A stretch of DNA of 64,000 nucleotides from Lama glama (taxonomy: Eukaryota): contig CM052816.1 in NCBI GenBank assembly GCA_028534125.1, forward strand, positions 75,704,001 through 75,768,000. The letters run 5' to 3'. The position numbers were made by a program, and so were the translations under genes. The notes beneath the pieces are model-generated. The model did not search any database. It saw nothing but the letters and a program-made list of their open reading frames with translations, and was not told the DNA's origin. Positions 12,666-27,297 of the stretch are shown here, piece by piece (within the stretch, counting starts at the first letter, position 1; each line of letters begins with the position of its first letter).

Positions 12666-14067
12666 ATCTAAAAGAAGAAGGGAAGTTAGAAGATAATGGA
12701 GAAATGACTTCAAAACTCTCAAGGAAATTCTTTACAACTTAAAACACTGTACAGCCAAACTATTAAGTGTGAGGGAATAATAAAGACATTTCCAAACATA
12801 ATCTCTCAGAAAAATTTACTTCCCTGAGGCTTTCTCATAAAAACACTGGTGGGATATGTTCCATCAAAACTAGGGAGAATGGACAAAACATTAAACAAAC
12901 AGAAAGAGGGAAACCATGGTATACAGGAAACATTAAACCCATAATAGGAGAAAGGTAAAGGGCCTCTCCAGGATCGGGGTGCAGAGGATGCTCGGATGAG
13001 AACTCTGAGACAGGTATAGAAGGCAAACAACTGAAGCAGGTAAGAAAGCTCTAGCAGAGTTCAAGAAACTCAAACTGATGATATGCATCACTTGTTCCCA
13101 TGCCTCGAGAGATTTCAGACACTTGATGCAAGTTTTGAGTCGAATCAATGAGTACTTGGAAATCTAAGAAAGTAAAAAACACAACAAAGTATTAATTCCA
13201 GACCAAAAAAAAGCCTTTTAGTAAAGATCAATAATAATGTATTTAACCCAATAAGGCACCCAGAAGATTCTCCATGTTAAAATTCTAGTCAAGGATTTTA
13301 GAAGCATTTCAGTAAAAATATACTAAACTTAGAACAAATTCCTAGCATACAGAAAATCCCAAAATTCCCACATAAAACCAACTTAATTTCTGAAATTAAA
13401 AGATCTATACATTTCATAATGTACTTGAACTTTAATGTACCTGAATTTAATTATATAATATAAAGAATATGAGAATTAAATTAGTGGCTACATATGTAAA
13501 GAATATTCTTCACCAAAAAACCGTCTTTAACTGTTTCATTTCTTATATAATTTATTACTTATTAAGGAGTCCACCAAAGCTATATAATAGCTTAGTTCTT
13601 CAAAGTATATCCTCAATACATTCAACATAACTTTGAATAAATCTGTATTGTAGTAAGATTTTTTTAGAAAGTATAAAATATTTCAAATATTTAAGAAAAT
13701 ATTTTAGAATGAAGACACTTCTTTAAATTTGAAAAACATTTTATATTTTCCTTGTTTCAAAAACATTTAAGGATGACAGAAAAAACAGATGAACCTTACT
13801 GGATATTGCTAAGGAAAAGAAGCCAGTTTGAAAACACCATAAGCTGTATGATTCCAATTATATGACCTTCTGAAAAACAAAATTATAGAGACAGGAAAAA
13901 GAAGAGAATGGTTGAATAGGTGAAGCAACAGGAGATTTTTTAGGGTGGTGAAACTATTCTGTATGATACCATAACAGTGGATACATGACATTGTCAAAGC
14001 CCACAAAAATTAACAACACAGAGTGAACCTTAACATATGCAAAATTTAAAAAAATCATTTGGAAGGT

Positions 14068-14596
14068 TGTAGTATAAGGCTTAATATTAAGGCTCAATAT
14101 TATGTGCTGCCTTGACAGTCATGTTTATTTAACCTGGTAAAATTGGGAGGGCCTACAATAGCCCAACTCTAAGTTCCTCTCCCCTCTTTTCCCACAGATC
14201 AGTTTCTCTAGCTAAACCTCGAAGCCTCTTTACCGAAGGGACTAGGCACAGTCAGAGCTAATCCCTGAGTAGTGGGCTCAGATCCCTGCCAGTTTATGGG
14301 ATTATTCAGACAACTAGTCATATTCTTCACAGGAATCAGGGGCACTTTACCCTCTTGGTATTACAGAGCCTGCTGCCCACAGCCTCTGGTTGTTTCTCCT
14401 TCTCCTGAGTGCAACTTCTATGTGGTCCTGAGCAGTATGTGGTGCCCTCCTGCCCTGGGCTGTAAGTATATGTGACCAATACACTGTTGCTGACATCATC
14501 TGTCCTGTGTCAGGTGTTGTCTGTTTGGCTATTCCCATAACCCTAGGGAGGGAATTCCTCCCTCACCAACAGGGTGGAAAGGAGGCAATTAAAACA
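14068..14596. mobile_element. Solo ERVL-type LTR (MER73/MER74-like)
   Basis: TG...CA termini (TGTAGTATAAGG ... GGAGGCAATTAAAACA), 529 bp. Host L1 sequence resumes on both sides; TSD degenerate (AAGGT/GAGGG). Confidence 0.6.
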
Positions 14597-15531
14597 GAGG
14601 GTGGGGGATCTGAGGAGGGAGTGCAGATTGTGACATTATCTGTCTGTATTATACATACATAAAACGACCTCACTGAAGAGAGTGGAGGAAATGGGTGCTT
14701 ACCTAAGGAAATGGTGGAGTTCCAGATCACCACCTGGGAAGGACTGAAGTCTGTAAAACTAAAGACGAAAGGAACTGCACTGGACTCAAGTTGATAAACC
14801 AGTATCCACAGGGGTAAAGTTAACAATTCTGATACTTCCATAAATGTATACTCAAATTGAGCAGTTAGGTAAGTGGATGTTAGATAATGGAAGCTGTTTC
14901 TCACTGTTGGAGCAGGAGTTTACAGATAAACAAAGGGAAAAGGCTAGAATAATCTATGTGGCAATGGATGAGAGTTGGTTGTGTGGGTCAGTCTGAAATC
15001 ATGTTTAGCTAAATACAGATGGGATGGTTCCAAACACAGAAACAGAGTTATGGGCATAGGTATTAGAATACACACATATTTCCTTGCTCCGTCAGCTGAG
15101 AGGGTCTAGAAGCAATTACCCACCAAAAACCAAATCTTAGTTTCTAATACCACTCTCCTATAAAATAACAAGGAAACCTTCAAGAAATAGCTGATCCTAG
15201 GACAGGACAGGAAATATACAAGCTGAGCATAGAGCATCTTGCAGTGTCAGAAAATAATGAAGTGACAAACAAACAATAAAAACTACATTGATGGAGGCAA
15301 GTCAAGGGGATATAGAGCCAACAGAAGGAGCACCCAAACTATCAAAGCTGGAGCAACTTAAGCAATAAAGTGAAGGAGTACTGGATTACAACCCAGTATA
15401 TAAAGGAAATATTCGTGACTCCATAGTGCTGTAAACAATGATCAACTAAATAAACAAATGGGAGAAAAGAGAGAAGTCTCGTTGTGAAGATTTCCAAATA
15501 ATTTATGTAGATATCTCACTCTAAAGGAGAG

Positions 15532-15660
15532 CAGGGGCAGGTGGGGGGGTGGATAATGGAAGAGCACATACTTAGCGTGCATGATGTGCTGAGTTCAATC
15601 CCCAGTACCTCTATCTGAAAAAAAAGGGGTTGAAAACCGACCAAAAAATTTGAAACAAAA
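15532..15660 (+). mobile_element. Degenerate tRNA-Ala-derived SINE (Vic-1-like)
   Basis: AGAGCACATACTTAGCGTGCATG...GAGTTCAATCCCCAGTACCTC plus A tail; TSD TAAAGGAGAG at 15522-15531 and 15661-15670. Confidence 0.75.
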
Positions 15661-16395
15661 TAAAGGAGAGGGAGCTAAACTCTCCAATCATTATGTGTGG
15701 GCTGCACTTAGTGATCTCCCTCAGAAGAGTCCAGCATGGAAAGGAGGAAAAAAGAGTAACATTACAACAGAGAAACGCTACAAACACAACCTTAGCCATG
15801 TAATCAAAGCCAGCATCAACAGTGATAAATCATGAAATCATGCGGCTGGTATGAACCCTCGATAGGGTGTGATTAAAATGGACCATTGTCTGTGTTCTTC
15901 CTCCCCAAAGCCCATCATACAGTCTAGCCATGAGAAAAACACCCAATTCCAATAAAGGGGCATTCCACAAAGCATCTGACTGATACACCTCAATACTGTC
16001 CCAGTCATAACAAACAAGCAAACAAACAAAATCTGAGAAACTGTCTCAGCCGTGAGGAGCCTAAGGAGACGTGACAATTAAATGAAATGTGGATCCTGAA
16101 TGGGATCCTTGAAGAGAAAAAGGACATCAGGTAAAAATTAAAGACACTGGAATAAACTGGACTTTAGTTAATAATAACACATCAACACTGGTTTATGTTT
16201 TAATTTTTATTTACTTTTTCATTGATTGTAACAAATGTACCATAAAATGTAAGGTGTTGATAACAGGGGAAACTGGGCATGAGTATATGAGGACTCTGTA
16301 CTACCTTTATATTCTGCAAATCTAAAACTGTTCTAAAAAATAAAGTCTACTTACAAAAAGCATCTGAGAAGCCTAGAGAGTAAAAATATCCAGCA

Positions 16396-16399
16396 AAAA

Positions 16400-16430
<31 letters not shown>
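16396..16430. repeat. (AAAT)n microsatellite
   Basis: About 8 tandem AAAT units. Confidence 0.9.
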
Positions 16431-19400
16431 AGGAAATAAGGAGCTGCAGGAAGGAAAATCCGATAAATCCAGGAATAAGGTTAGAATACTAACATGCATG
16501 CCTTTAGAAACTACGTTCTTTGTTAGAGGTAGGTTGTAATTTTGGGTCTGCGGAAGTAAAGCAGCTTTGCGTGTCCGTTTCTCAGCGCCGCCCTCAGTAT
16601 GCTCCTGCACTGAGCACAGGGGCAGCAGCAGCAGAACAGAGGGAGCTGAGCCAGGCTGCTGCCCCGGAGCCAGTCTATAAAGGATACTGCACATCTCTGG
16701 GGCGCCAAAACATCACTCAAATTTGTATTCACCTGAGTTCTTCTAGGAATGATGTGGCCAAAAAGAACTACTTTGGTAAAATGCTTGGGGTATGATAAGA
16801 CCTCCCCCACAAAAAGGATGCTCAGATGGCCTGTGAACTGCTGCCTAAGAAGTGAGGGTCTGGTAACTTGAGGGTTTTAGTTCCCTGAGACACTGCTCCA
16901 GCTGTTTTTTCTGCCTTTCCAGTTAAATAAACATTGAATAAACTGTTCAAGAATATGGTTTTGAAGGAGACCAAATTACTAGTCGGACTGGAGGGCCAAA
17001 TTATTAGCTTGTTCAAGGCATCCACATGTTGATCAGCCCCTTATATTACCAAACTGAGTAAGAATAAGGCTAACAGCGACCAGAAATGCGACAGTCCAAT
17101 GATCTCTCTATCTGATAGTCTCAGAGGATTCAAGGGCATGTTTAGATAATCAGCCCATCCTTCGGGCAACCATCCAAGGAAATTATTTCCCTTAACTGAT
17201 AAGCATAGGGCAACAAAGAGTTTGAAGTTACATTTTTTTGGTGAATGACTATTCTCCATGCTGCTGATCATGGACAGATCCAAGTTCCTTCATTCCCCAT
17301 GCCACCCTTTTCTTTGAGTACAAAGCACCCCCTCTTAGTAATCCCCTAAATATATTCAAGTTCAAGACGCTGTGGACCTCCACAGATAAAGGTTATGCTC
17401 TCTTCTCATGAAGCCCTTCTAGGACCATATGTATATATATTTTTATTATTGCAGCTACCAGATTGCTTTGCCATGTTAAAGGCAATACTATGTTCCTTTG
17501 TTTTTTGAGTCTTCAGAGTCTAGCCATCTGCCTAAAACTTAGTTACTGTTTAACAAATATTGAATATTAATTACAATGTAACTACAACTAAGGAAATACC
17601 AGGCTGCATTAATAGCCAGCATGGTAAAATTTTTCAGTTTTGGCCACCATATGTATAGATAGACATCGAGGAAATGTAGTATTTCCCTTACAGAGTAGGG
17701 TTTTACTAACACTGTGATGGCCTTAAGATGGTAAGACTAAGAGAACACATGGCTCCCTCAGAATCTCTGCAGGACTGAAGAGAAAGCAGCTGACGACTAA
17801 TAATGAGTTTCCCCACGAGGTCAGAGGTTCTCCACCACAGTGTTTGGTCATCCTGGCTTGTCTTTATCAGTGCTAAGATGTACTTGTAATTTATTTGCAC
17901 TAATAAAAGTTAAAGTAGTGAAGTTTGAAAACAATTAATCTTTCCCCTTTCTTAAACTAGAGTGGATTCAAGGTTACTTCTATAAAGTTACTCCTGCCTA
18001 CTAATATTCCAGTATACTTTGTTGAGATAGGGGTACAACTGATGGGTCCGGAAACTGGGTGTAAGTCACAGTTTACCTTATCTTCACTTCCACCTTGGAA
18101 GAAAGCTGAGTATGTGAATATTATCTATTGTGTGTGGGACTGGGGGGATTCAGAGAACTGCCATCCTAGACTATGAGATCCTCCAGGGTAGGGACTATGA
18201 CTTTTCCTCTTGTATCTACCCACAGTGTCTGGGTGGAAGAAAACATGACAAAACCTTTTTAAAAGGCTGAAGAGAAAAAGCAAAGGAATAAAGGAGGTCT
18301 GTTACTTACTTTCTTAGATAGTGCTAACTGAATTCACTTTTTAAACTCAACACAATAAAAAAATCCAGCAATAAAAGCTACTTAAACAGAGACTCTGGGA
18401 GACTGAATAAGATGATCTCTAAGTTCCTATTCAATTCCTTGATCTATGATTATTGGTTTTATTTACCTAACAATGCTTTTGAGCAAATAGTGGCATTTAA
18501 TGAGTATTTATTACAGAGAATTATAATAGAAAGTAACACCAAAAACAAACTGATGCAGAAACAAATTGATGTTTCTTTTAAAAATGAACTGATAGTTTCA
18601 TGAAGAAATTTGCAATAGGCTTGCAAAATTCAGTGTCAGATTGCATCCTTGTAGGATGCTCTGTGGCTTAACTGGCAGAGTACAGAGTTGAGATACCTTG
18701 TGATTTTCTCCTTTTAGGTTAAAAGAAATAACAGAAATTTGCTGGGCTAAATTCCAGATGTGATGAAAAGGTAAAGTTATTTAAGATGCTATTTTTGGTG
18801 GGAGGGGATGATTAAAGTTTTTTTATTTCCTAAGAGAATCCAGAGAGCTATTTCTGTTTTGTAGAAATTCAAAAAGCCTGAGCTGCAGAAACTCACAGAA
18901 CAAACAGGTTAAGGTGAAAAATGAGAGAGCAAAAATTACAACAGCAACCACTGCCTGCCCCCAAGTATCTCAGTAATTAAAGATTTCTTAACTTTTTGGC
19001 TCTTCAAAGTATGTGCAAGCCATAATCCAGCAGTAAGTGATTATCTATCCAAGGCTGACTGTAACTGTTCTCTGATTATTTCTGTAATTCTAAACTCAAA
19101 GTTTTTTTTTCCTTTAAAATTGTTAATGATTATGTCATTTAATCACAAAATTAATACATGCTTATTAAAGATACGTTTAGAAAATCAGAATACAAGTCAT
19201 AATCCCGCCCTCCAATTAGCATCATCACAAGACAAAGAAACACTTTGTTAATGAAAGCAAAATACTATAGCAGACAAATTGACCTGACCAAGGTTGATGT
19301 TACAGTGCTTTGTGGCATTTGTTGGAACCAGGGTAGCAAACTTTCTGTCTGGTGAGCGAGGGCAAATTTTCTGTTGAAAGAAACAAATGTGCTCTGGTTA

Positions 19401-19464
19401 ATTAACCCAGAAGGTGGTTAGTCCTGAGTCAGTGAACCAGGTAAATGGCTTTCACTTCCTGATG

Positions 19465-19585
19465 CTGCTTTAACGACTCATCCAAACTTAGAGGCTTAAA
19501 GCAACACGAATTAATTCTCTCCCAGTTCTAGAGGTCAGAAGTCTAAAATGAGTGGCAGGGCTGTGCCCGTTCTGGAGGTTCTAAG
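19465..19585 (-). mobile_element. MaLR LTR fragment (MLT1-like)
   Basis: AAACTTAGAGGCTTAAAGCAACAC...CAGTTCTAGAGGTCAGAAGTCTAAAATG motif typical of MLT1 LTRs. Confidence 0.55.
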
Positions 19586-20540
19586 CAAAACAACAACAAC
19601 AACAACAAAAAACCAAAAAAAAAAAAAAAAAAACCAACCTTGAAACTCAAAGGTTTTTGCCTCCCCTGCAGTACCTTACTTGGAACAAAGCTGTGCTTAA
19701 TGAATGTTACTTTCATTTCATAAATTTACAGTGCATCAAAATCAGTAGAGTTGAGAAACTTTCATCGGGAAGGAAAAAGATAATATTTTGTCTTTTACTT
19801 TTTTATGTTATTTTCACGGAGTCCAACTCTGCTCAGTAACACCAGTCCAAATGCTATGGCACTGCAACACACTCATTTAAAGATTCTATTACAAATAAGC
19901 ATACTTTCTCTATATCCCCTGTGATATGCCACGATCCCTTTTGTATAGACTAACTCTTACTGACTTCAAGTACAATACATACTTGTCGACTGCTCTTGTC
20001 GGTGCAAATGTTAAGTCTTATTTTTAGTTCAAAGCCTACACTTTACTGATAATCTAAAAATATTAATCCTATACATCCAAATGTCTGAGTAACATCCTAC
20101 TTTCCGAACACAATACATTCACCCTTGTCCCCAGCCTGCTTCTTCCAATAGAGCTTGTTTTGGGGAGGATATTTCAGGAGAGCATTCAGCAAGACCGACA
20201 ACACTGCTACTTGAGCTGCCGAGGTGCCCAGTAACAACTTACTGGCTCAAAGTGAAAAAGAGCAGCGGGGGGTGGGGTGGGGTGGGGGTAGGGGTGGAGG
20301 AAGAGGAAACTTCATCAAAGATGCAAGCGACAACTCCCAGTGGCTTCCAGATTCCATCCCAACAAGAAAAATGAAAAGGTTAGAAAACAGTGATAGGGCG
20401 GTGTCCCCTGACATGTTTGAATTCACGCTGCACTAGTAACAAGCCACACATCTGCTCTACCCGCGCAGGCTTCCCCAGAGCTCATCTCCCTCCTTGGAAT
20501 CACAAGGAGAGCGGTCCCCCCTACCCAGGAGTAATATTAA

Positions 20541-21480
<940 letters not shown>

Positions 21481-23988
21481 CGCCGAAGTAAGGTTGCTTT
21501 GGAAATAGTTTACAGAATTTAAAAAAAAAGGCCATCTCGTCAGAAAGTATCATTAATTTTTTCGGAGGAGTTAATGAATATAAACTGATCCTATATATAT
21601 TTGCGATCCATGCTTTACGGTCTGAATGCAGACTCCGTGCCTTCAGTGTTTCTGAATTAACAGTTTGGCAGTCTCTGTGCCAAACCTGGTAGGTAGTGCA
21701 GATTTTGCCTCCAGACAGTGTTTATTAATTCATTGATGCAGTTTGTTTCCATTTATTTTCACATGATATTTATATTTTAATACAGTCTAGTGCACATAAT
21801 TTGATTTTTTTTTAAGAATAATGTGGAATCGCTTACCCTTGTGTTTCAAGTTAGTAGTCTGGAAATTACAGACTTGCTCTCCAAGCCACCAATTCTGGCA
21901 CAAAAAGTTTAACTGCAAATTTGTGAGGCATAAATATTTTTTCTTCAAAATATTTGACTTTATTATTGGGGATGTAGAGGAAGGAAGTATGGAACTGATA
22001 AAAATAATCTGTGCATTGGCTTTGGATAAATAATAGCCTGTGACTTGCATATAAAATCTCTTGGTAAAATAATTGACTTGAAAGAAAAAATGTTTGTGAA
22101 AGTCTGTACAGTGGATTAACTGAGCCTTGCTCTTCCAGAGCTAAATAAACATTTTCTGATTTCATCTAGGGATGGAAGAGGAGAGCCCTTCCTTCTCTTG
22201 CCCTTTCTGAGTCATAGAACTGGAAAGTTGCTATATAGGCCTCAGAGAAGGAACTGCCTAAACCTTCTTAGGAAAATCAGCAAGGCCAACAATGTAAGAA
22301 AGTAAGAAACAAATACCAGAATAGGGTAATAACAGCCATTAGGGTGGGTCTGTATTAGACCAGTAAGATGTTTCTGTGCCTTGAAGTTATTTATTTTTGG
22401 CGATGTGTCTCTATTTGTTAGCAATTACAAACTGCTTTCAGTTTACAAGTATTTGTAAGAGGTACTCATTAATGCCCCCAAAACAGTGATGACAGTCTTG
22501 ATGTCCTCACCCCTCCCAGAGCTCTGCTTGGATTAGGATGCTCATTATTCTCCTAATATAGATCTGAGCAGAGTCAGGTCTCTCTTTCTTATCTGCCAGG
22601 TGGCTTTTGGCATGGCAGATAGGAAAGAGGACATTTTTCATTTTCCGGATTTGATCTGTGATGTGGCTCTGACATGAATCCCTCCAGTGACTGCTGTTCC
22701 TTAACCTTTACTCCTCCACATGTGCCTCTCTTGAAGTACCACACATTGTCAAAGTCAACAGTCTCTCCAAACATAGGAAGGCCAGTATTAGTCAAAGCGT
22801 TATGGGTTTCATAGTTATGGTTATATTTGTTCATAAATATATTAGTTGATGGTCAAAATCCTCAACCAGTGCATTTTCTAAGTTGTTAAACAGTTGGGTT
22901 GCTTCTTGCCCCAAATAAAAGAAAATCCAACTCACCCTAGCCAAGAACATATGTGGTTCTCCGTCCAGAGCAAGGAAGCCCTAGCACAGCAATCCTCAGT
23001 CTCAGTGACTCATTCAGCCCCTCTGGCCAGGGATGCTGTGTGCTAACTGGCTTAGGTTTGTGTTCCTGTAAGCAGGGAGATGGCATTACCCTTGGAGGAA
23101 TATGGCCCACTCTTGGATGTGTGTGTGTTGGGGGAGGGCATCTTCTGAAGTGCTTGGATAGTATGGGGGACAGGGTAGATACCTACACAGAAATGAGTAT
23201 TAGAAGAGAAAAAGAGGGACACAGATGCTCAGTGAGCAGGCAAAAATAGCTACTATAGTGGTTGTTGGTAACTCACAGCCAGGAATTTGACAAGAATTAT
23301 TATAAATTATATGATTAGCCATATATTTCAATGGAGATACTTTGGAATAGATAGAGGTTTTAAAATCAGTCATACACATTGGTAAATTAAACATAGAAAA
23401 GGCATCTAGTAGAAGATGTGCTACTGATAAGCAGAAACATTCCCAATATGATACTCCATCTTAGAGGAAACTTATTGGGGGAGGGGTGCAGAGAGGCCTG
23501 TAAATTCATAGGGATTATTTTGTTTCTTGTTACAGGCTTTAAAAAATCCTCTGGTAATTTAATGGTAACATTTTGAGGGGAAACTTTAAACAGACAATTA
23601 GGGTTAGTTTGGGATTGTGCTTGAATTATCTTATTATTTCCAAGACAGCTTTTTTCCCCTTCTGGTTGTCAAGGTGTTAGTCTCTACTCCCCTTGTGGGA
23701 TCTACGCCCCTTTCCTCTCAGATAGAACAGTTATAAAAGCATGAATGAACAGAGTCATGTTACTATTGCAGTAAATTAAAATGGCAGTTGTTAGTTTTCC
23801 AAGAGAAGATGCCTCTTTAGTGGGGTGGGTAGTCTTTGGCAAACGAGTTGTTTATACGTACAATCTATTTATTGAGTTGGTGAGTATTTCTATATAAAAC
23901 TGGTAAATAGGTGGCTGTTCTCTTTGGCTGAAGGGTCACAGAGTTATTTTAAAGCTTCTTTAAGTAAAAAAAAAATCTATATATGAAT

Positions 23989-23991
<3 letters not shown>

Positions 23992-24027
<36 letters not shown>
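23992..24027. repeat. (AT)18 microsatellite
   Basis: Uninterrupted AT dinucleotide run. Confidence 0.95.
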
Positions 24028-24029
<2 letters not shown>

Positions 24030-26360
24030 ATCAGCATGGGTGAATTTCAAGTTTGTAAGGTTAGGCCACAAAAACCAGAAGAAGTGGAAGAGTATGCACA
24101 GTCATGTTATTTATATAAAATTTAAAGCCATGCAGAAACACTCATACATTGCTGGTGGGAGTATAAATTGGTACCACCTCTACAGAATGTGACAGTGTTT
24201 ATTAAAGTTAACCCAGAAATTCAACTAGGAATTTATCCAATAGGTGTATGAAATAATGAGTTATTTATTGCCATACTGTTTACAAATACAAAAGATTGGC
24301 AGTAATCTTTCTAGTAGGACAGCAGTTAATTATGGTTATCCATACAGTGGTATACCTTGCAAACATTTAGAAGGAAAAAAAAAAAAGCAAGAGATTATAT
24401 AATATAGGGAACAATTTCCTAGGTATATTTTTAAGAGGAAAAAGGGGATAGTAGAACAAAGTGTATAGTATATCTACCATTTGTGTATAAAAATTCAGGG
24501 GCAAATTAAAATATCTCAATGTGACTACTTGGTATGTATGTGTCCGATGTCTCTTTAAAGATACACATGAAACTGTTGCATTAGTTGTTCAAGGGAGGGG
24601 ACCTAGGCAGCAGGGGGACAGTCGCTGTATATCCTTTTGTATTTTTGAATTGTGTAGTCAGGTGTTATGTATTCAAAAGAATATGTAAAATTAAATTTGT
24701 AAAAGAAAACATGAAAAACATTGTTACTATGTCATTTATGGATTTATACATGTGGGAAAGACAAACACCACCTTCAAGATGGTGGGAATCCCTAGGGGGA
24801 GAGAGGATAAAGGAATCTGGAAGGAGTCATACAGGGCTTCAGTGCATCTGAAACGTTTTATTGCTTAAGTTGCTGTTGGGTGGAACATGCGTATTTGGTT
24901 TGCCTTTTGGGATGCTTGAAATGTTTTGTTCCGGAAAGGGGCCTTTCTCAAATTTCCTTCAATAGCTTTTAAAATTCATCCCTCTACAGGATTGTTACTT
25001 CTGTGATACTTTTAGCTGTGAGGTTTTTATGTTTTTAATTTTAGAGCAGGAATGAAATGGTGAGGTGATTAGAATATCTTTAGTAGGTATTTTTATCTCT
25101 GTGGCGTCTGTCAGTATTTAAAATTCTTCCTTTCAGTGTATGATCTTGTTTCACCTCTGATTAGAAGAGCATCTGTTACTGTGTGCTTCAGTCAGACAGA
25201 GTTCCCTTTAGAAAGCGGTAACAGGTTGTTAGCTAATATTTAGTTGACTCATCTGTTGCTGTTGTCTTGAGGGAGACGTGAATTCTGGTAACCTTTGCTG
25301 TGAGTGACTCATGTCTTCCATGGCAGAAATAACCATCTTCCCTTTCAATCAAAAGTAACATCTTAACATTACCGTAAAACAGTGACCGTCTGAAGAGTCC
25401 AGTTTTAGGCTTTGGAAAAGGGGAGTGATATCTTAGTAATGCATTATTCCTGACCAAGTCCATTTACTGCATTGGTTGACCATGGAGCACCAGCTAATTT
25501 GTCTGCAACTGAGTTTAGTCAATGGAGAATCTTTAGCCTAGTTTTGAGAAAAGTTAGGTTTTGATATTGTGCTAAATAAGGCTTTTTCCCCCCTTCCCAC
25601 TGCACACTGTCAGTGGGGTAGAGTGGATAGGTCAAAGACTGGGAATTCTTCTAATTAGAAGACCTGTCCCACCTTGATCACTTAATAGCTTTACTTCAAC
25701 AAGTTATATCCTCTCTCAGAGCATCATATTACCTGCATCATAGGTTTATTGTGAGGCTCGGATATGATAACGTGTATTTCCTAAGCTATAAGAAGATAAC
25801 TGTTTTCAAATGTATTATGCTACTGAAATTCTAATATTGAATTATGTCGGCAGTTGGATTCAAGGCAAATATCTCTGTTCCTATACGTAGGGAAAACATA
25901 ACATGTTATCATATCATGGCCTTAAATTAGCAAGACTGTTGGGAAGAAAAAGGGAGAAAAATAATAGGAGATACTGGCTACTTTGAGAAAATATTTAGAG
26001 TCGTCAATGTTGGGATGCTATTTTAAAATCATGGAGGGAAAGATCTGTATCCAGTTAAGACTGGGAAATACCAGGTTAAACGTTTAACAGGTTTCTTTAC
26101 TGTAAGGCTTTTCAGAGCTATTACTGTGTTAATATGTATAATGAGTTTCCAAGAGGGGAACATACATCCTTTCCCAGACTCCTTCATTATGAGGAGACTC
26201 TTCTGCGTAGAGTCTCCAATCTATTGTTTTGTAGAGCCTACTTTAGAAAATCTTTCCTAATAATTCTACTATTTATGTTTTTGTTGTTAAATTATAATCC
26301 CTTCCAAGGATTAAACAGTGGTGAGAAGTCAGTTGGAACGCCTACTCAGGAGTTTAACTA

Positions 26361-26410
26361 TAGTGGAGATGCAGGGATCGAACTTGGGGCCTCATACATG
26401 CAAAGCATGC
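26361..26410 (-). pseudogene. 5'-truncated tRNA-Ala(TGC) retrocopy
   Basis: Reverse complement GCATGCTTTGCATGTATGAGGCCCCAAGTTCGATCCCTGCATCTCCA-CTA matches the anticodon arm, T arm and 3' acceptor strand of mammalian tRNA-Ala-TGC as recalled; D arm absent. Confidence 0.7.
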
Positions 26411-26807
26411 CCTATTCTAATAATTTTAGTTTTATGATTTTTCTAGCCCATAGAAAATTAAAATCCTGAAATTAGATCATTGGAGAGGAGGCTTTAAGAC
26501 TTGACTCCTGATAGGTTATGAAGGATGAGACACAACTTCAAAAAGCAGAAAACCCTAGGAGCTGCAACATAATAGCCTGCGAGCAAGATGTCCTGTTCAG
26601 CTGAGTAACTCCCATGGGTGTCACTGTGTGAGGGCACAGGGGTACCTGGTGCTCATACAAGGTGAACATTTGCTTGGTTCCCTGTCATCATGTGTTCTGT
26701 TTAAGAATTCTTGGACATACGTAGTTTGTATCTGTTTTCAAAAAATAATTACTTTTGTAAACTTGTTAACTTTAATGGTGAGTATCATATTTTAGAAAAA
26801 AACCCAA

Positions 26808-27240
26808 TCAGTTTCCTAGGGCTGCATGAAGTGGGTGGCTTAAAACAACAGAAATTGTTTTGGAATTCTGGAAGCCAGAAGTCCGAAATCAAGGGGTTGC
26901 TAGGGTCACGTTCCCTCTGAAGGCTTTAGGGGAGAACCTGTTTCTTGCCTCTTCCAACTTCTAGTGGCTCCTGGTGTTCCTTGGCTTGTCGTAGCAAAAC
27001 TCCAGTCTCTGCCTGTCGTCACGTGGCTGCCTCTGTGTGTGTGTGTGTGTGCGCGCGCGCCTGTGTTCTCTTCTTATAAGGACACCAGTCATTAGATACA
27101 GAGCCCACCCTAAATCTAGGATGATTTCATCTTGAGATCCTTAACTCATTAAATCTGCAAAGACCCTATTCCCAAATAAGATCACATTCTGAGGTTCTAG
27201 TGGACATGAATTTGGGGGGGCACTATTCAACCCACTATAT
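26808..27240 (-). mobile_element. MaLR solo LTR (MLT1B-like)
   Basis: GGTGGCTTAAAACAACAGAAAT ... TCTTATAAGGACACCAGTCATT ... CTGCAAAGACCCTATTCCCAAATAAGATCACATTCTGAGG ... CACTATTCAACCCACTA. Confidence 0.8.
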
Positions 27241-27297
27241 TTGCCATTATATTTTATATGCTTTTAGTTTTATGCACTTCATTTCTCCCTTATGATG

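Larger units (their letters stand above)
13800..16345 (+). mobile_element. Ancient L1MC-like 3' region, interrupted by an LTR and a SINE
   Basis: L1MC-type 3' motifs (CTGTATGATTCCAATTATATGAC, GAAACTATTCTGTATGATAC, GGATCCTTGAAGAGAAAAAGGACATCAG, AAATCTAAAACTGTTCTAAAAAATAAAG). Confidence 0.7.
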
